From: an uncultured Roseivirgaceae bacterium
Lineage (GTDB): Bacteria > Bacteroidota > Bacteroidia > Cytophagales > Cyclobacteriaceae
Assembly: GCA_964563295.1 (NCBI GenBank)
Contig: CAZLWX010000001.1
Coordinates: 2,545-66,544, forward strand
Length of the DNA: 64,000 nt
Direction of reading: 5' to 3'
Under the pieces are notes generated by a model. The model was not told where the DNA came from. It did no database searches and saw only the letters and a program-made list of their open reading frames with translations. Shown in pieces: positions 54,553-64,000 of this stretch. How positions within the stretch are numbered: the first letter of the stretch is position 1; each line of letters opens with the position of its first letter. The translations under genes and the position numbers were made by a program.

Positions 54553-54667
54553 AAACGGATTTTGAACTGCCCTTTTTTGTAGCAACTTATTCTCGTAATT
54601 TCGCGGTCTGATTGACGGCTTTCCGGCCCGGCGACCGGGCGACAGGAAGCCTTCCTCTCTTTACCGC

Positions 54668-57550
54668 ATGTCCCAGCCCACACCGCAAGCGATAACCGAT
54701 TTCACAGGTCATGATTCCGTCGAGGTAATCGGCGCGCGGGAGCATAATCTTAAAAACATCAACGTATCACTTCCGCGGAACAAGCTCGTCGTCATCACCG
54801 GCATCAGCGGAAGCGGAAAATCATCGCTGGCATTTGACACCATTTACGCTGAAGGGCAACGACGATATATGGAGAGTTTTTCCGCGTATGCCCGCAGTTT
54901 CATCGGCAACCTGGAGCGTCCCGACGTCGACAAGATCAATGGCTTAAGCCCGGTGATTTCGATCGAACAGAAGACGACGTCCCGAAACCCGCGCTCGACC
55001 GTGGGCACAGTAACGGAAATCTATGACTTCATGCGCCTGCTTTTTGCACGCGCTGGTGAAGCATTTTCCTACCTCACCGGCGACAAGATGGTCAGGCAGT
55101 CCGAAGACCAAATCCTCGACACGCTACTGCTCAACTTCAAAGGCAGGAAGCTGGTGCTGCTCGCGCCTGTTGTAAAAGGCCGGAAAGGACATTATCGCGA
55201 ACTCTTTCAGCAAATCCGCAAATCGGGGTATACCAAGGTGCGCGTCGATGGCGAGATCCAGGAGATCGCGGCCAAGATGCAGGTCGACCGCTACAAGATT
55301 CACGATATCGAAGTGGTGATGGACCGCATCGTCGCGGACCCGAAAGACCGCGCACGAATCGGCCAGTCTATCACACGTTCATTGAAGGAAGGAAAAGGCG
55401 TGATGATGGCCGCCGAGGAAAATGGAAAGGTTCATCATTTCTCGAAATTCCTGATGGATCCCAAGACCGGACTGTCATACGATGAGCCGGCACCAAACTC
55501 GTTCTCTTTCAATTCGCCATACGGCGCGTGCCCTGTGTGCAACGGGCTGGGTCAAATTGAGGAGATCACGGAAGCATCGGTGATCCCCGACAAGAATCTC
55601 AGCATAAGCCGGGGCGGGATACTTCCGCTCGGTGAGTACCGCGACATCTGGATCTTCAAGAAGGTTGAAGCGATTCTCAAGCGATACAAGCTCACCTTGA
55701 GCACGCCCATCAAGAATATCCCGAAGGACACGATGAATATTCTTCTCTACGGCGATGATGTTCCCGTGGGTGTTCCTTCCGTGAAATATCCCGGCACCGA
55801 GTGGAGCACGAAGTTCGAAGGTATTATCAATTTCCTGGAAAAGCAGCGCGACGAAGGCTCTGATGCGATCAAACGATGGGTGGAAGATTTTACAGTAATT
55901 CGCACGTGCCCCGAATGCAACGGCGCGCGTCTCAAGAAAGAATCCCTGCACTTCCGCCTCGATGGCAAGAATATCTCCGAGCTCTCGATCCTGGGTATTA
56001 CTGACCTAAAGAAATGGTTTGATGGCCTGGAGAAACGTCTCGATGGCCGGCAACGGGTAATCGCCGCGGAAATCCTCAAAGAAATCAGGAAGCGCATCGG
56101 CTTTCTGCTTGACGTGGGCCTGGACTATCTCCATCTCAACCGCCCTATCCGAACACTCAGCGGTGGTGAATCACAGCGCATCCGGCTAGCCACGCAAATC
56201 GGGACACAACTCGTCGGTGTATTGTATATCCTGGATGAGCCGAGCATAGGATTGCATGCACGCGACAACGTCAAGCTCATCAAGGCGCTCAAAGACCTCC
56301 GTGATCTCGGTAACTCGATCGTCGTGGTGGAACACGACAAGGAGATGATGCTGGAATCCGACTACATCCTTGATATCGGTCCCGGTGCCGGCCGTCATGG
56401 TGGTCACGTCGTAGCCGAGGGCGACCCGAAGACTTTCATCCGCAACAACAGCGTTACAGCGAAGTACCTGAGTGGCGCTTTGCAGATCCCATACAATCCC
56501 GAAAGGAGGAAGGGTTCAGGCGAAAACCTTGTTTTGAGTGGTGCGCGCGGCAACAACCTCAGGAATGTCGACCTGAAGATACCGCTGGGAACATTCACGT
56601 GTATCACAGGGGTTTCCGGCAGCGGGAAATCCACGCTGATCCACGATACCTTATTCCCGATCCTGAACAGGCAGTTTTACAATTCGCGAACCGAGCCGTT
56701 GCCATTCCGCTCCGTGGAAGGACTGGAACATCTCGACAAGGTTATTGAGGTCGATCAATCGCCGATTGGACGCACCCCGCGTTCGAACCCGGCAACCTAT
56801 ACGGGAGTATTCACCGACATCCGCGACCTGTTCTCGCAGCTCCCGGAGGCGAAGATCCGCGGTTACAAGGCCGGGCGTTTCTCCTTCAACGTCAAGGGCG
56901 TCCGGTGTGAAACAAGTGAGGGTGCAGGATTGAGACTGATCGAAATGGAGTTTTTGCCCGATATTCACATTCCCTGTGAGACGTGTAAAGGCAAGCGCTA
57001 CAACCGCGAGACACTCGAGGTCCGCTTCAAGGGAAAATCAATCGCCGATGTGCTGGACATGACCGTGGAAGAAGCCGTTGCATTCTTTGAAAACCAACCC
57101 CGCATCCTCAGAAAGATACAGACGCTGAGCGAGGTGGGACTCGGTTATATTTCGCTCGGCCAACACGCCACAACCTTATCGGGTGGCGAAGCGCAGCGTG
57201 TTAAACTCGCAACGGAATTGTCAAAGCGCGATACCGGTAAGACCATTTACATTTTGGACGAGCCGACTACCGGATTGCATTTCCAGGACATTGCGCACCT
57301 CCTCGATGTCCTTCAAAAGCTCGTCGACAAGGGGAACACTGTGCTGGTCATAGAACACAACATGGATGTGATCAAGAGCGCCGATCACATCATTGATCTC
57401 GGACCAGAGGGCGGGGCCGGCGGCGGAACGATTGTCGCCAAGGGCACTCCCGAACAGGTCAGCAAGAATCCCGTAAGTTATACTGGTCAGTTTCTGAAAG
57501 CTGAATTGGCGACGGGAAAAGCTCCAAAGTCTCAACTGCAGGTAGGATGA
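54668..57550 (+). CDS. uvrA: Excinuclease ABC subunit UvrA.
   Basis: 960 aa. Two ABC modules ([57 protein letters not shown]). Zinc motifs CPVC and CPEC are intact. The C-terminal finger reads CETS...CETC. Confidence 0.95.
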   Translation: MSQPTPQAITDFTGHDSVEVIGAREHNLKNINVSLPRNKLVVITGISGSGKSSLAFDTIYAEGQRRYMESFSAYARSFIGNLERPDVDKINGLSPVISIEQKTTSRNPRSTVGTVTEIYDFMRLLFARAGEAFSYLTGDKMVRQSEDQILDTLLLNFKGRKLVLLAPVVKGRKGHYRELFQQIRKSGYTKVRVDGEIQEIAAKMQVDRYKIHDIEVVMDRIVADPKDRARIGQSITRSLKEGKGVMMAAEENGKVHHFSKFLMDPKTGLSYDEPAPNSFSFNSPYGACPVCNGLGQIEEITEASVIPDKNLSISRGGILPLGEYRDIWIFKKVEAILKRYKLTLSTPIKNIPKDTMNILLYGDDVPVGVPSVKYPGTEWSTKFEGIINFLEKQRDEGSDAIKRWVEDFTVIRTCPECNGARLKKESLHFRLDGKNISELSILGITDLKKWFDGLEKRLDGRQRVIAAEILKEIRKRIGFLLDVGLDYLHLNRPIRTLSGGESQRIRLATQIGTQLVGVLYILDEPSIGLHARDNVKLIKALKDLRDLGNSIVVVEHDKEMMLESDYILDIGPGAGRHGGHVVAEGDPKTFIRNNSVTAKYLSGALQIPYNPERRKGSGENLVLSGARGNNLRNVDLKIPLGTFTCITGVSGSGKSTLIHDTLFPILNRQFYNSRTEPLPFRSVEGLEHLDKVIEVDQSPIGRTPRSNPATYTGVFTDIRDLFSQLPEAKIRGYKAGRFSFNVKGVRCETSEGAGLRLIEMEFLPDIHIPCETCKGKRYNRETLEVRFKGKSIADVLDMTVEEAVAFFENQPRILRKIQTLSEVGLGYISLGQHATTLSGGEAQRVKLATELSKRDTGKTIYILDEPTTGLHFQDIAHLLDVLQKLVDKGNTVLVIEHNMDVIKSADHIIDLGPEGGAGGGTIVAKGTPEQVSKNPVSYTGQFLKAELATGKAPKSQLQVG

Positions 57551-57795
57551 AATCTTTATCCCGTCAATATCTTTTCGGAGGGCTGTTCATCGCTTTCGGC
57601 ATCTTCCAGCTGGTTACCGGAGATCCGCGGGAGTTCGCGCTTTACCTGACCGCGGGACTCGGCTTCGCGGTCAACGCCCTCACATTCGAACCACGCCTTC
57701 AGCGATTCAAACAACTGCTGGTGGTGATCACCTGGGTGTTGATTATTTCCGCAGGCATACTTTTCCTCTACCTGCTCCAATTCAAATACCTCTAG
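57547..57795 (+). CDS. Hypothetical small membrane protein.
   Basis: 82 aa with three hydrophobic segments. ATGA overlap with the uvrA stop. Confidence 0.45.
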   Translation: MKSLSRQYLFGGLFIAFGIFQLVTGDPREFALYLTAGLGFAVNALTFEPRLQRFKQLLVVITWVLIISAGILFLYLLQFKYL

Positions 57796-57840
57796 GCAAA
57801 AAGGAAAGCGCCGCGGCAGACATTTGAGTACTTTTGCATT

Positions 57841-58893
57841 GTGGTAAAGAAACGTCTCTACTGGACCCTTCAGATTGGCGGATGGCTCTTGTATGCCGTG
57901 ATCCAGATCATTTCCAGCATAGCAGTGTTCGGAAGCGTCAGCACCCGCAACGTCATATTCCTGTTGTATGAGGCGATGATCTGCCTGATGGTGACCCATT
58001 GTTTCCGGATCTTCGTCATCAAGAAGCAATGGATTCGCTTTACCATGCCGCAGCTCCTCCCGCGTGTTTTGGTGAGCATTTTTGTGCTCGGCATCATCGT
58101 CTATTTCTTGCGGATGCCTGTCAGCTTTTTGTTGGGAATTTTCGATCGGACCATTGCATTTGACCCGGCTTCCATAGGCGGCCTTTCGCTCGTGTATGCG
58201 GTGATGTTCTTCATCTGGTCAGCATTATATTTCACGTATCATTACTTCAACCAGTATAACAAAGCCCTCAAGTATGAGGCTTCCATGGTACAGATCGAGT
58301 TAAATAACCTCAAGTCGCAGCTTAATCCTCATTTCATTTTCAACTCGTTGAACAGTATCCGTGCGCTGGTGGATGAGAATCCCGGAAAATCAAAGCAGGC
58401 CATCAACCAGCTTTCCACGATATTGCGGAGCTCGCTGGCTTCGGAGAAGAAGCGACTCACAAAGTTTGACGAGGAGCTGAAGATCGTTAAAGATTACCTG
58501 GGTCTGGAGAGCATACGGTTCGAGGAACGTCTCAAAACGGAATTCGACATCCATCCTGAATCGCATAATTTTTTTGTTCCTCCCCTGATGATTCAAACGC
58601 TCGTTGAAAACGGCATCAAGCACGGGGTCTCCAAGCTCACGGCCGGGGGAATTATTCAGCTGAAAACCACGGTAGACCGGGGCCGGCTCAAGGTCCTGAT
58701 CCGCAATAGCGGTCACCTGGTCAACGGGGCCAAGCGAAGCCAAAAGGGCATTGGACTGAAGAACACCGTGCAGCGCCTCAAGCTGATCTACGGCGACGAG
58801 GCTTCATTTCGAATTGTTAATGAAAACGATAATTTTGTCGTCACTGAAATCGTAATACCTCAACACAAGATTTATGAGAGCACTAATCGTTGA
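57841..58893 (+). CDS. LytS/YehU-type sensor histidine kinase.
   Basis: GTG start. Four to five N-terminal TM segments, then the His_kinase motif LKSQLNPHFIFNSLNSI and an HATPase region (ENGIKHG, GIGLKN). Confidence 0.85.
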   Translation: MVKKRLYWTLQIGGWLLYAVIQIISSIAVFGSVSTRNVIFLLYEAMICLMVTHCFRIFVIKKQWIRFTMPQLLPRVLVSIFVLGIIVYFLRMPVSFLLGIFDRTIAFDPASIGGLSLVYAVMFFIWSALYFTYHYFNQYNKALKYEASMVQIELNNLKSQLNPHFIFNSLNSIRALVDENPGKSKQAINQLSTILRSSLASEKKRLTKFDEELKIVKDYLGLESIRFEERLKTEFDIHPESHNFFVPPLMIQTLVENGIKHGVSKLTAGGIIQLKTTVDRGRLKVLIRNSGHLVNGAKRSQKGIGLKNTVQRLKLIYGDEASFRIVNENDNFVVTEIVIPQHKIYESTNR

Positions 58894-59596
58894 TGATGAA
58901 CGTCTGGCCCGGAAAGAATTGATGAAGTTGTTGGAGGATCATCCGATGATCGAGGTGGTTGGCGAGGCCATGAACGCCGACGAAGCCTTCCAGATGATCA
59001 ACGACCTGAATCCCGACCTGTTGTTTCTCGACATACAGATGCCCGGCAAAACCGGCTTCCAGTTGCTGGAGATGCTGGATTCTGTACCGCTCGTTGTCTT
59101 CACCACCGCGTACGACGAATTCGCCTTGAAAGCCTTTGAGGTGAACGCACTGGATTATCTGCTCAAGCCGATCCACCCCGAGCGGCTGAGTGAAACGGTC
59201 GCCAAGTTGTCGGAAAAAGAACGCGCGAAGACGGTGGCCATTCACGGTCCCGAAAAAAAGCTCGGACTACACGACCAGGTCTTCGTCAAGGATGGCGACC
59301 GGTGCTGGTTTGTCAGCCTGTCGAATGTGAGGTTGTTTGAATCCGATGGCAACTACATCAAGGTGTATTTCGACAACAACCGCCCGATGATTCATAAATC
59401 TCTCAATGCCCTGGACGAGAAGCTGGATGAACGGGCATTTTTCCGCGCCAGCCGCAAACACATCGTTAACCTTAGTTGGGTTGAAGGAATCGAACCCTGG
59501 TTTAACGGAGGTCTGATGGTACGGCTAAAAGGCGGAGACAAAGTGGAAGTCAGCCGCCGGCAAGCGGCGAAGTTTAAGGACATGATGAGCCTGTAG
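58874..59596 (+). CDS. LytR/AlgR-family response regulator (REC plus LytTR).
   Basis: MRALIVDDERLARKEL, DLLFLDIQMPG, and a C-terminal LytTR region (FFRASRKHIVNL). It overlaps the kinase gene by 20 nt. Confidence 0.9.
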   Translation: MRALIVDDERLARKELMKLLEDHPMIEVVGEAMNADEAFQMINDLNPDLLFLDIQMPGKTGFQLLEMLDSVPLVVFTTAYDEFALKAFEVNALDYLLKPIHPERLSETVAKLSEKERAKTVAIHGPEKKLGLHDQVFVKDGDRCWFVSLSNVRLFESDGNYIKVYFDNNRPMIHKSLNALDEKLDERAFFRASRKHIVNLSWVEGIEPWFNGGLMVRLKGGDKVEVSRRQAAKFKDMMSL

Positions 59597-59630
59597 CAAG
59601 TTGCAGGTTGCAGGTTGCAGGTTGCAAGTC
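59596..59630. repeat. Heptanucleotide tandem array GCAGGTT/GCAAGTT.
   Basis: GCAAGTT GCAGGTT GCAGGTT GCAGGTT GCAAGTC. The array begins on the last base of the response-regulator stop codon. Confidence 0.9.
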
Positions 59631-59650
59631 TGTTTATAAACGACGACGCC

Positions 59651-59697
59651 GGAACTACAAACTTCAAACAACTTCAAACTTCCAAACTACAAACTTT
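59651..59697. repeat. AACTNCA-type short tandem repeats.
   Basis: GGAACTACAAACTTCAAACAACTTCAAACTTCCAAACTACAAACTTTT. It has the same AACTACA/AACTTCA units as 49066-49086. Confidence 0.8.
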
Positions 59698-59736
59698 TCC
59701 CTATCTTACATGACTCGAATAACCCACTAACGCGTC

Positions 59737-60231
59737 ATGTTGCATTTCACTGGAAAAGCCGCCATCAACGGCTTTTTGATCCTCTGCAGTGTTACCCTAT
59801 ACGCCCAAGCACCCCGTATTTGCAACAGGCCAGTGCAATTATTGGACGCCACGCGGCAGAATTGGGCACCGGGGATCGTCCAGGAAAACTCCCAGAGTTC
59901 CGGGGGAATGATTTACGAACTGTCCGTAAGGATCCGCAAGAAAGGAAATGTGACATTCGACAAGCTGATTGTCAACAATCAGATGCTTGACGTCGAAGCC
60001 GTCCAGGATGGACAACGCCATGTCGCCGGGCCATTCAGGAAGGGAGATCGCATATTGCTGATAGCGCGATTCGATCGATCAAAATCGCCCGAGCCCGCCG
60101 ACGAAAACATTTTGGCAAGGCTGAAAAACAAGGACGCTGAGGCAGCGCTTTTATACACGATCAGGAATAAACAACGCCTGAAGCCGGTTCAATCATTTGC
60201 TGAAAAACGCGCCAACGCCTTACCCCAGTGA
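59737..60231 (+). CDS. Hypothetical secreted protein.
   Basis: 164 aa with signal peptide AAINGFLILCSVTLYAQA. No recognisable motif. Its stop is 1 nt before the next gene's start. Confidence 0.5.
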   Translation: MLHFTGKAAINGFLILCSVTLYAQAPRICNRPVQLLDATRQNWAPGIVQENSQSSGGMIYELSVRIRKKGNVTFDKLIVNNQMLDVEAVQDGQRHVAGPFRKGDRILLIARFDRSKSPEPADENILARLKNKDAEAALLYTIRNKQRLKPVQSFAEKRANALPQ

Positions 60232-60232
60232 C

Positions 60233-63200
60233 ATGAAAAAGACCTTCGGACTTGCAATCACTGCAACCATTCTCGCCGTCGCTTATTACGGCTGGTATCC
60301 CCGTGATCCGAGGCTGGAATACGAGGATTACCTGCGATCGCATCCGTATCACATTCACTTAACAAAAGGGTACACCAAGGCCGAGCGAAAAGCACGGCCC
60401 GACCGGCCAGACCTGGCGTTCATGCAGGAGTTTCTTCGAACCATGGATCCCGTGTTGAAACGGCCCAGGCCTGAGCTATTGATCGACGAGAACATCAGAA
60501 CAGCACGGTTGCGCGATGGTGGCCGAGAATTCCAATCAGGCAGAACTAAAGCCACTTCCCTCGCCGATGGTACGCAATGGGAAGAACGAGGCCCAAGTAC
60601 GGTAGGAGGCAGAACCCGCGCGATGTTATTCGATCCTGCAGACCCACAACACAAGAAAGTGTGGGCCGGCGGCGTCTCTGGAGGACTCTGGTATATCGAC
60701 GACATTACCAGCGCCAGTAGTTCGTGGACAAAGGTTGACGACTTCTGGGATAACCTGAGTATCTCCTGCATGACAGCCGACCCCAACAATAATCAGATCA
60801 TGTACGTCGGTACCGGTGAAGCCCACCAGGGAATGCGCGGTGGCGGCATCTGGAAGACTATTGATGGCGGCGACTCATGGGTACCGCTGGCTTCAACCAG
60901 CAACTTTCTGCACGTGAGGGACATTGAAGTGCGCGATGAAAATGGGACAAGTGTGATCTATGCAGCGGTAAATCGCGACTTTGACTTCGACAACCCGCCC
61001 AACAATGCCGGACTGTATCGCTCCGCCAATGGCGGGCAGAACTGGACACAGGTACTGCCAAACGCCGAGTTCAGCGTTCCTCATTCACCAACCGACATTG
61101 AGATTGGCGACGACGAGATTTGGGTTGGAGCCAAGCCCACCTTCAGCGGCGGAAGTGTGGGTTCAATCCTCTATCGCTCCACCCTGGGAACCCAGGGATC
61201 GTGGACAGCCGTCCAGAGTTTCACCATCAACGGACAGATCGAGATTGGGATTGCTCCTTCGAATGCAGACATCGTGTATGCGATTCTGGAAGACAATCTC
61301 GCCGTTGAAGCAATTGTCAGAACGGTTGACGGTGGCAACAACTGGAGCACCCGAAGCATACCCGTCGACGCCGATATGGGAATCCCCGCGGATGATTTCA
61401 CCCGCGGACAAGCCTGGTACGATCTTACGATTGCTATCCATCCCACCAATCCCAATGAGGTGATCGTTGGAGGTATAGACCTGTTCAAGACAACAAATGG
61501 AGGCACATCCTGGACTCAACTTTCCAAGTGGTGGCCGGGAATTCAAGTGACGGCCCCGGTGGTTCACGCTGACCAGCACGAAATCCTCTACCGTCCCGAA
61601 GCGCCAAACGACGTGATATTCGGCAATGATGGTGGAGTGTACTACGGCACCGGCATCGGCACAGCTTCACCATCCATTAACGCGCGCAACAACAATTACA
61701 ACGTAACGCAGTTCTACACGGCCGCGATCCATCCAACACTGACGAACTATATGCTGGGCGGAACCCAGGACAACGGCACACGAAAGTTTACGCAAGCTGG
61801 CTTCGGCGTGGCTTCGGAAGCATTCGGTGGTGACGGCGCCATGTGCTTCATCGATCAGGACAACCCGCAGATCCAAATCGTGTCGTATGTCTTCAACAAT
61901 ATCTACCGCTCCACCAACGGTGGAAACTCCTTTAGTGCGCTGGTCGAAGACAACTCCACCGGGAACTTCATCAACGTCGGCGAGTATGATAAGAATCTGA
62001 AGATCCTGTACACCTCCAAAACGGAGACCGACCTTTATCGCATCACGAATATCGATACCAGTCCCGCGGTTGAATCGTTAGTCATCAATCTCGGGTCGAT
62101 GGCTACCGCGATGCGCTTGTCACCGTATGTGGAAGATGCCAGCAATCTCTATGTCGGTACGGCAGCGGGCCGTGTCTTCAGGATCAAGGACGCGCAAGAC
62201 GATGATCGCATCATTGAAGAAATTACTGGGCCGGCGTTCTCAACCGGGTCGGTAAGCTCGATTTCATTTGGCGCCAGCGAGGATCAGATACTGGTCACGT
62301 TTTTCAATTACGGCGTTGTCAACGTGTGGGAGACGCGCGATGGAGGCAACACGTGGACCGACCGCGAAGGCAACCTTCCCAACATGCCCGTCCGGTGGGT
62401 AGAATATCATCCTCACAATCCTGATCAGGCGTATCTCGCAACACAGCTTGGTGTCTGGTCGACCGATAACATCAATGTTGCCGAGCCTGATTGGAAGCCC
62501 ACAAACGGCGGCTTGGCAAACGTTCGCACGGACATGCTGCGCTTCCGGAAATCGGATGGGATCATGATGGCTGCCACCCACGGCCGCGGAGTTTTTACAG
62601 CACTCGTGCCTTCACAACTGGAGCAGGACATTACATTCAACACTATTAACAACAAGACCTTCGGTGATGGCCCATTCACGCTACAGGCTTCGTCGACCTC
62701 GCAGCTTGAAGTCAGGTTCGAAAGTTCGGATGCTTCCATCGCATCTGTTCAAGGGAAAATCGTGACTATTAATGGAGCGGGTACAGTAACCATCACCGCC
62801 CTGCAGGACGGCAATACCTATTATGCTCCCGCCGACCCAGTCGACCAGGTCCTCACCGTTAACAGGGCGGCACAAACCATCAACTTTGCAGCACTGCCGG
62901 AAAAAGAAATCGACGACGAACCATTCGACCTAACGGCAACAGCGACGTCAGGATTGGCGGTGTCGTTCACGAGCTCCGACCCGGCCGTAGCCACCGTTTC
63001 GGGAAAAACAGTGACCATCCAGGGAATAGGAACGACGACGATAACAGCATCGCAGGCCGGTAACAACAATTTCCTTGCGGCTTCAAATATTGACCAAACT
63101 TTGACGGTCGTCTCGCGCATTATCGAACTCAGCGGCGACCTCAATTTTGGAGAAGTGATTATCGGTGAAGCTGCTACACGTGACTTGACGATTGAGAATT

Positions 63201-63667
63201 CCGGAACCGCACCGATCACGGTGACCGGCATCACGTACCCGGAAGGGTATTCGGGAGAAGTAAAAACGGAGGACACCAAAATCGTCGTCACGGTAACGTT
63301 CAAGCCCACAGCAGCAGAGGATTACCCGGGCGAGATCGTCGTCCAGAGCAACGCGACGTCTGGTGACAACTCGATCGAAGTAAGCGGAACCGGCATCGCG
63401 ATCACTGACGTGGAAGAATACATGGATAAGCTAATCAAGCTCTATCCGAACCCCGTAACGGATTGGCTGACCATTGCAGGCGCGAATTTCATTCCTGTAA
63501 AGAGCATCAAGGTCACAGATGAATCCGGCCGGGTTCAAAGCAGGAACGTAGAATCCGCCACCGACCGTGAAATAAGGCTGAAGGTTGCGGATCTCCCGCG
63601 TGGTGTCTATGTGATCGCCGTTCCTGCGGGCTCTTCGACCTATTACAAGAAATTTTTAAAGCAATAA
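60233..63667 (+). CDS. Large Asp-box (BNR) beta-propeller / Ig-like repeat protein with a T9SS C-terminal sorting domain.
   Basis: Start set at ATG 60233 (MKKTFGLAITATILA). At least six SxDxGxxW-like boxes (TIDGGDSW, SANGGQNW, TVDGGNNW, TTNGGTSW, STNGGNSF, TRDGGNTW). Two Big_2-like repeats (ASVQGKIVTINGAGTVTITALQ, ATVSGKTVTIQGIGTTTITASQ). C-terminus LYPNPVTDWLTI...GVYVIAV...KKFLKQ. Confidence 0.85.
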   Translation: MKKTFGLAITATILAVAYYGWYPRDPRLEYEDYLRSHPYHIHLTKGYTKAERKARPDRPDLAFMQEFLRTMDPVLKRPRPELLIDENIRTARLRDGGREFQSGRTKATSLADGTQWEERGPSTVGGRTRAMLFDPADPQHKKVWAGGVSGGLWYIDDITSASSSWTKVDDFWDNLSISCMTADPNNNQIMYVGTGEAHQGMRGGGIWKTIDGGDSWVPLASTSNFLHVRDIEVRDENGTSVIYAAVNRDFDFDNPPNNAGLYRSANGGQNWTQVLPNAEFSVPHSPTDIEIGDDEIWVGAKPTFSGGSVGSILYRSTLGTQGSWTAVQSFTINGQIEIGIAPSNADIVYAILEDNLAVEAIVRTVDGGNNWSTRSIPVDADMGIPADDFTRGQAWYDLTIAIHPTNPNEVIVGGIDLFKTTNGGTSWTQLSKWWPGIQVTAPVVHADQHEILYRPEAPNDVIFGNDGGVYYGTGIGTASPSINARNNNYNVTQFYTAAIHPTLTNYMLGGTQDNGTRKFTQAGFGVASEAFGGDGAMCFIDQDNPQIQIVSYVFNNIYRSTNGGNSFSALVEDNSTGNFINVGEYDKNLKILYTSKTETDLYRITNIDTSPAVESLVINLGSMATAMRLSPYVEDASNLYVGTAAGRVFRIKDAQDDDRIIEEITGPAFSTGSVSSISFGASEDQILVTFFNYGVVNVWETRDGGNTWTDREGNLPNMPVRWVEYHPHNPDQAYLATQLGVWSTDNINVAEPDWKPTNGGLANVRTDMLRFRKSDGIMMAATHGRGVFTALVPSQLEQDITFNTINNKTFGDGPFTLQASSTSQLEVRFESSDASIASVQGKIVTINGAGTVTITALQDGNTYYAPADPVDQVLTVNRAAQTINFAALPEKEIDDEPFDLTATATSGLAVSFTSSDPAVATVSGKTVTIQGIGTTTITASQAGNNNFLAASNIDQTLTVVSRIIELSGDLNFGEVIIGEAATRDLTIENSGTAPITVTGITYPEGYSGEVKTEDTKIVVTVTFKPTAAEDYPGEIVVQSNATSGDNSIEVSGTGIAITDVEEYMDKLIKLYPNPVTDWLTIAGANFIPVKSIKVTDESGRVQSRNVESATDREIRLKVADLPRGVYVIAVPAGSSTYYKKFLKQ

Positions 63668-63668
63668 C

Positions 63669-64000
63669 ATGGCCATGACACGTTTTCGCCATTTCGTCAG
63701 TGCGCTGTCTCTCGCTGTGGTGCTGGCAGCCCCTGGTTGCGACAAGGAACCGACAGCCGAGGAAAAGTTTCTCGAAAAGATCGGGCACGACTGGAGTCTC
63801 AGCAATGTCGAATTGGATGATGTTGCAGTCAACGGCGCATTCGCGGGATTCGCCCTTTCGATAACGAAGAACAAGACCTTTACGACTACTAAAGGAAATT
63901 CTCCTATCTGGCCCGCTTCCGGTACCTTTACGTTAAAAGAAACCAGCTCCGACCCCGGGTTCAACCTTATCCGCAGCGACGGCATTGAGGTCGCAGTGAC
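63669..64000 (+). CDS. Partial CDS, N-terminus only, running off the right edge. Hypothetical lipoprotein.
   Basis: ATG 63669 lies 1 nt after the upstream stop. MAMTRFRHFVSALSLAVVLAAPGCDKEP has a lipobox (LAAPGC). The frame stays open to the window end. It is absent from the ORF track because there is no stop. Confidence 0.5.
   Translation, partial: MAMTRFRHFVSALSLAVVLAAPGCDKEPTAEEKFLEKIGHDWSLSNVELDDVAVNGAFAGFALSITKNKTFTTTKGNSPIWPASGTFTLKETSSDPGFNLIRSDGIEVAV

Overview
This is a densely coding 64-kb chromosomal segment, roughly 50% GC by eye, with 58 CDS, two of them cut by the window edges. The phylum looks like Bacteroidota, Cytophagia/Chitinophagia-like. Supporting signals are a T9SS C-terminal sorting domain, DUF1573/DUF4293/DUF5686-type proteins, a long-form NusB, the conserved nusB-ytxH-DUF1573-yajC-ybbR-coaE block, and TAnnTTTG -7 boxes.

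Content is mostly housekeeping:
- Core genes: mutS, htpG, truA, nusB, yajC, coaE, a thiolase, leucine dehydrogenase, purine nucleoside phosphorylase, nadD, gmk, uvrA.
- Two MsbA-like ABC half-transporters.
- An RND efflux operon (adaptor, pump, TolC).
- An L-rhamnose utilisation locus: lutABC, a GMC flavoprotein with a Tat small subunit, a GH78 rhamnosidase, rhaEW, rhaB, rhaI and rhaT.
- A selenium-utilisation pair, selD and mnmH.
- An ECF sigma factor with a zinc-type anti-sigma factor.
- A LytS/LytTR two-component system beside a large Asp-box T9SS cargo protein.

I found no rRNA, tRNA, CRISPR array, transposase, integrase, phage gene or recognisable defence gene. I did not find a convincing novel multi-gene system.

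The most unusual signals are:
1. A family of heptanucleotide tandem-repeat arrays at 48.96-49.98 kb and 59.6 kb. They abut or run into the ends of nadD, gmk and the LytTR regulator gene.
2. A 605-bp structured non-coding gap in the middle of the regulator-less rhamnose locus. It holds two terminator-like hairpins, one with a mutually exclusive alternative fold.
3. A Tat-lipoprotein small subunit whose twin-arginine motif lies upstream of any ATG/GTG/TTG.
4. A Cys-to-Ser change (TGT to AGT) in the C-terminal zinc finger of UvrA.
5. An unassigned 479-bp region between nadD and the DUF5686 gene.

All functional calls come from reading the translations by eye. No database search was run.
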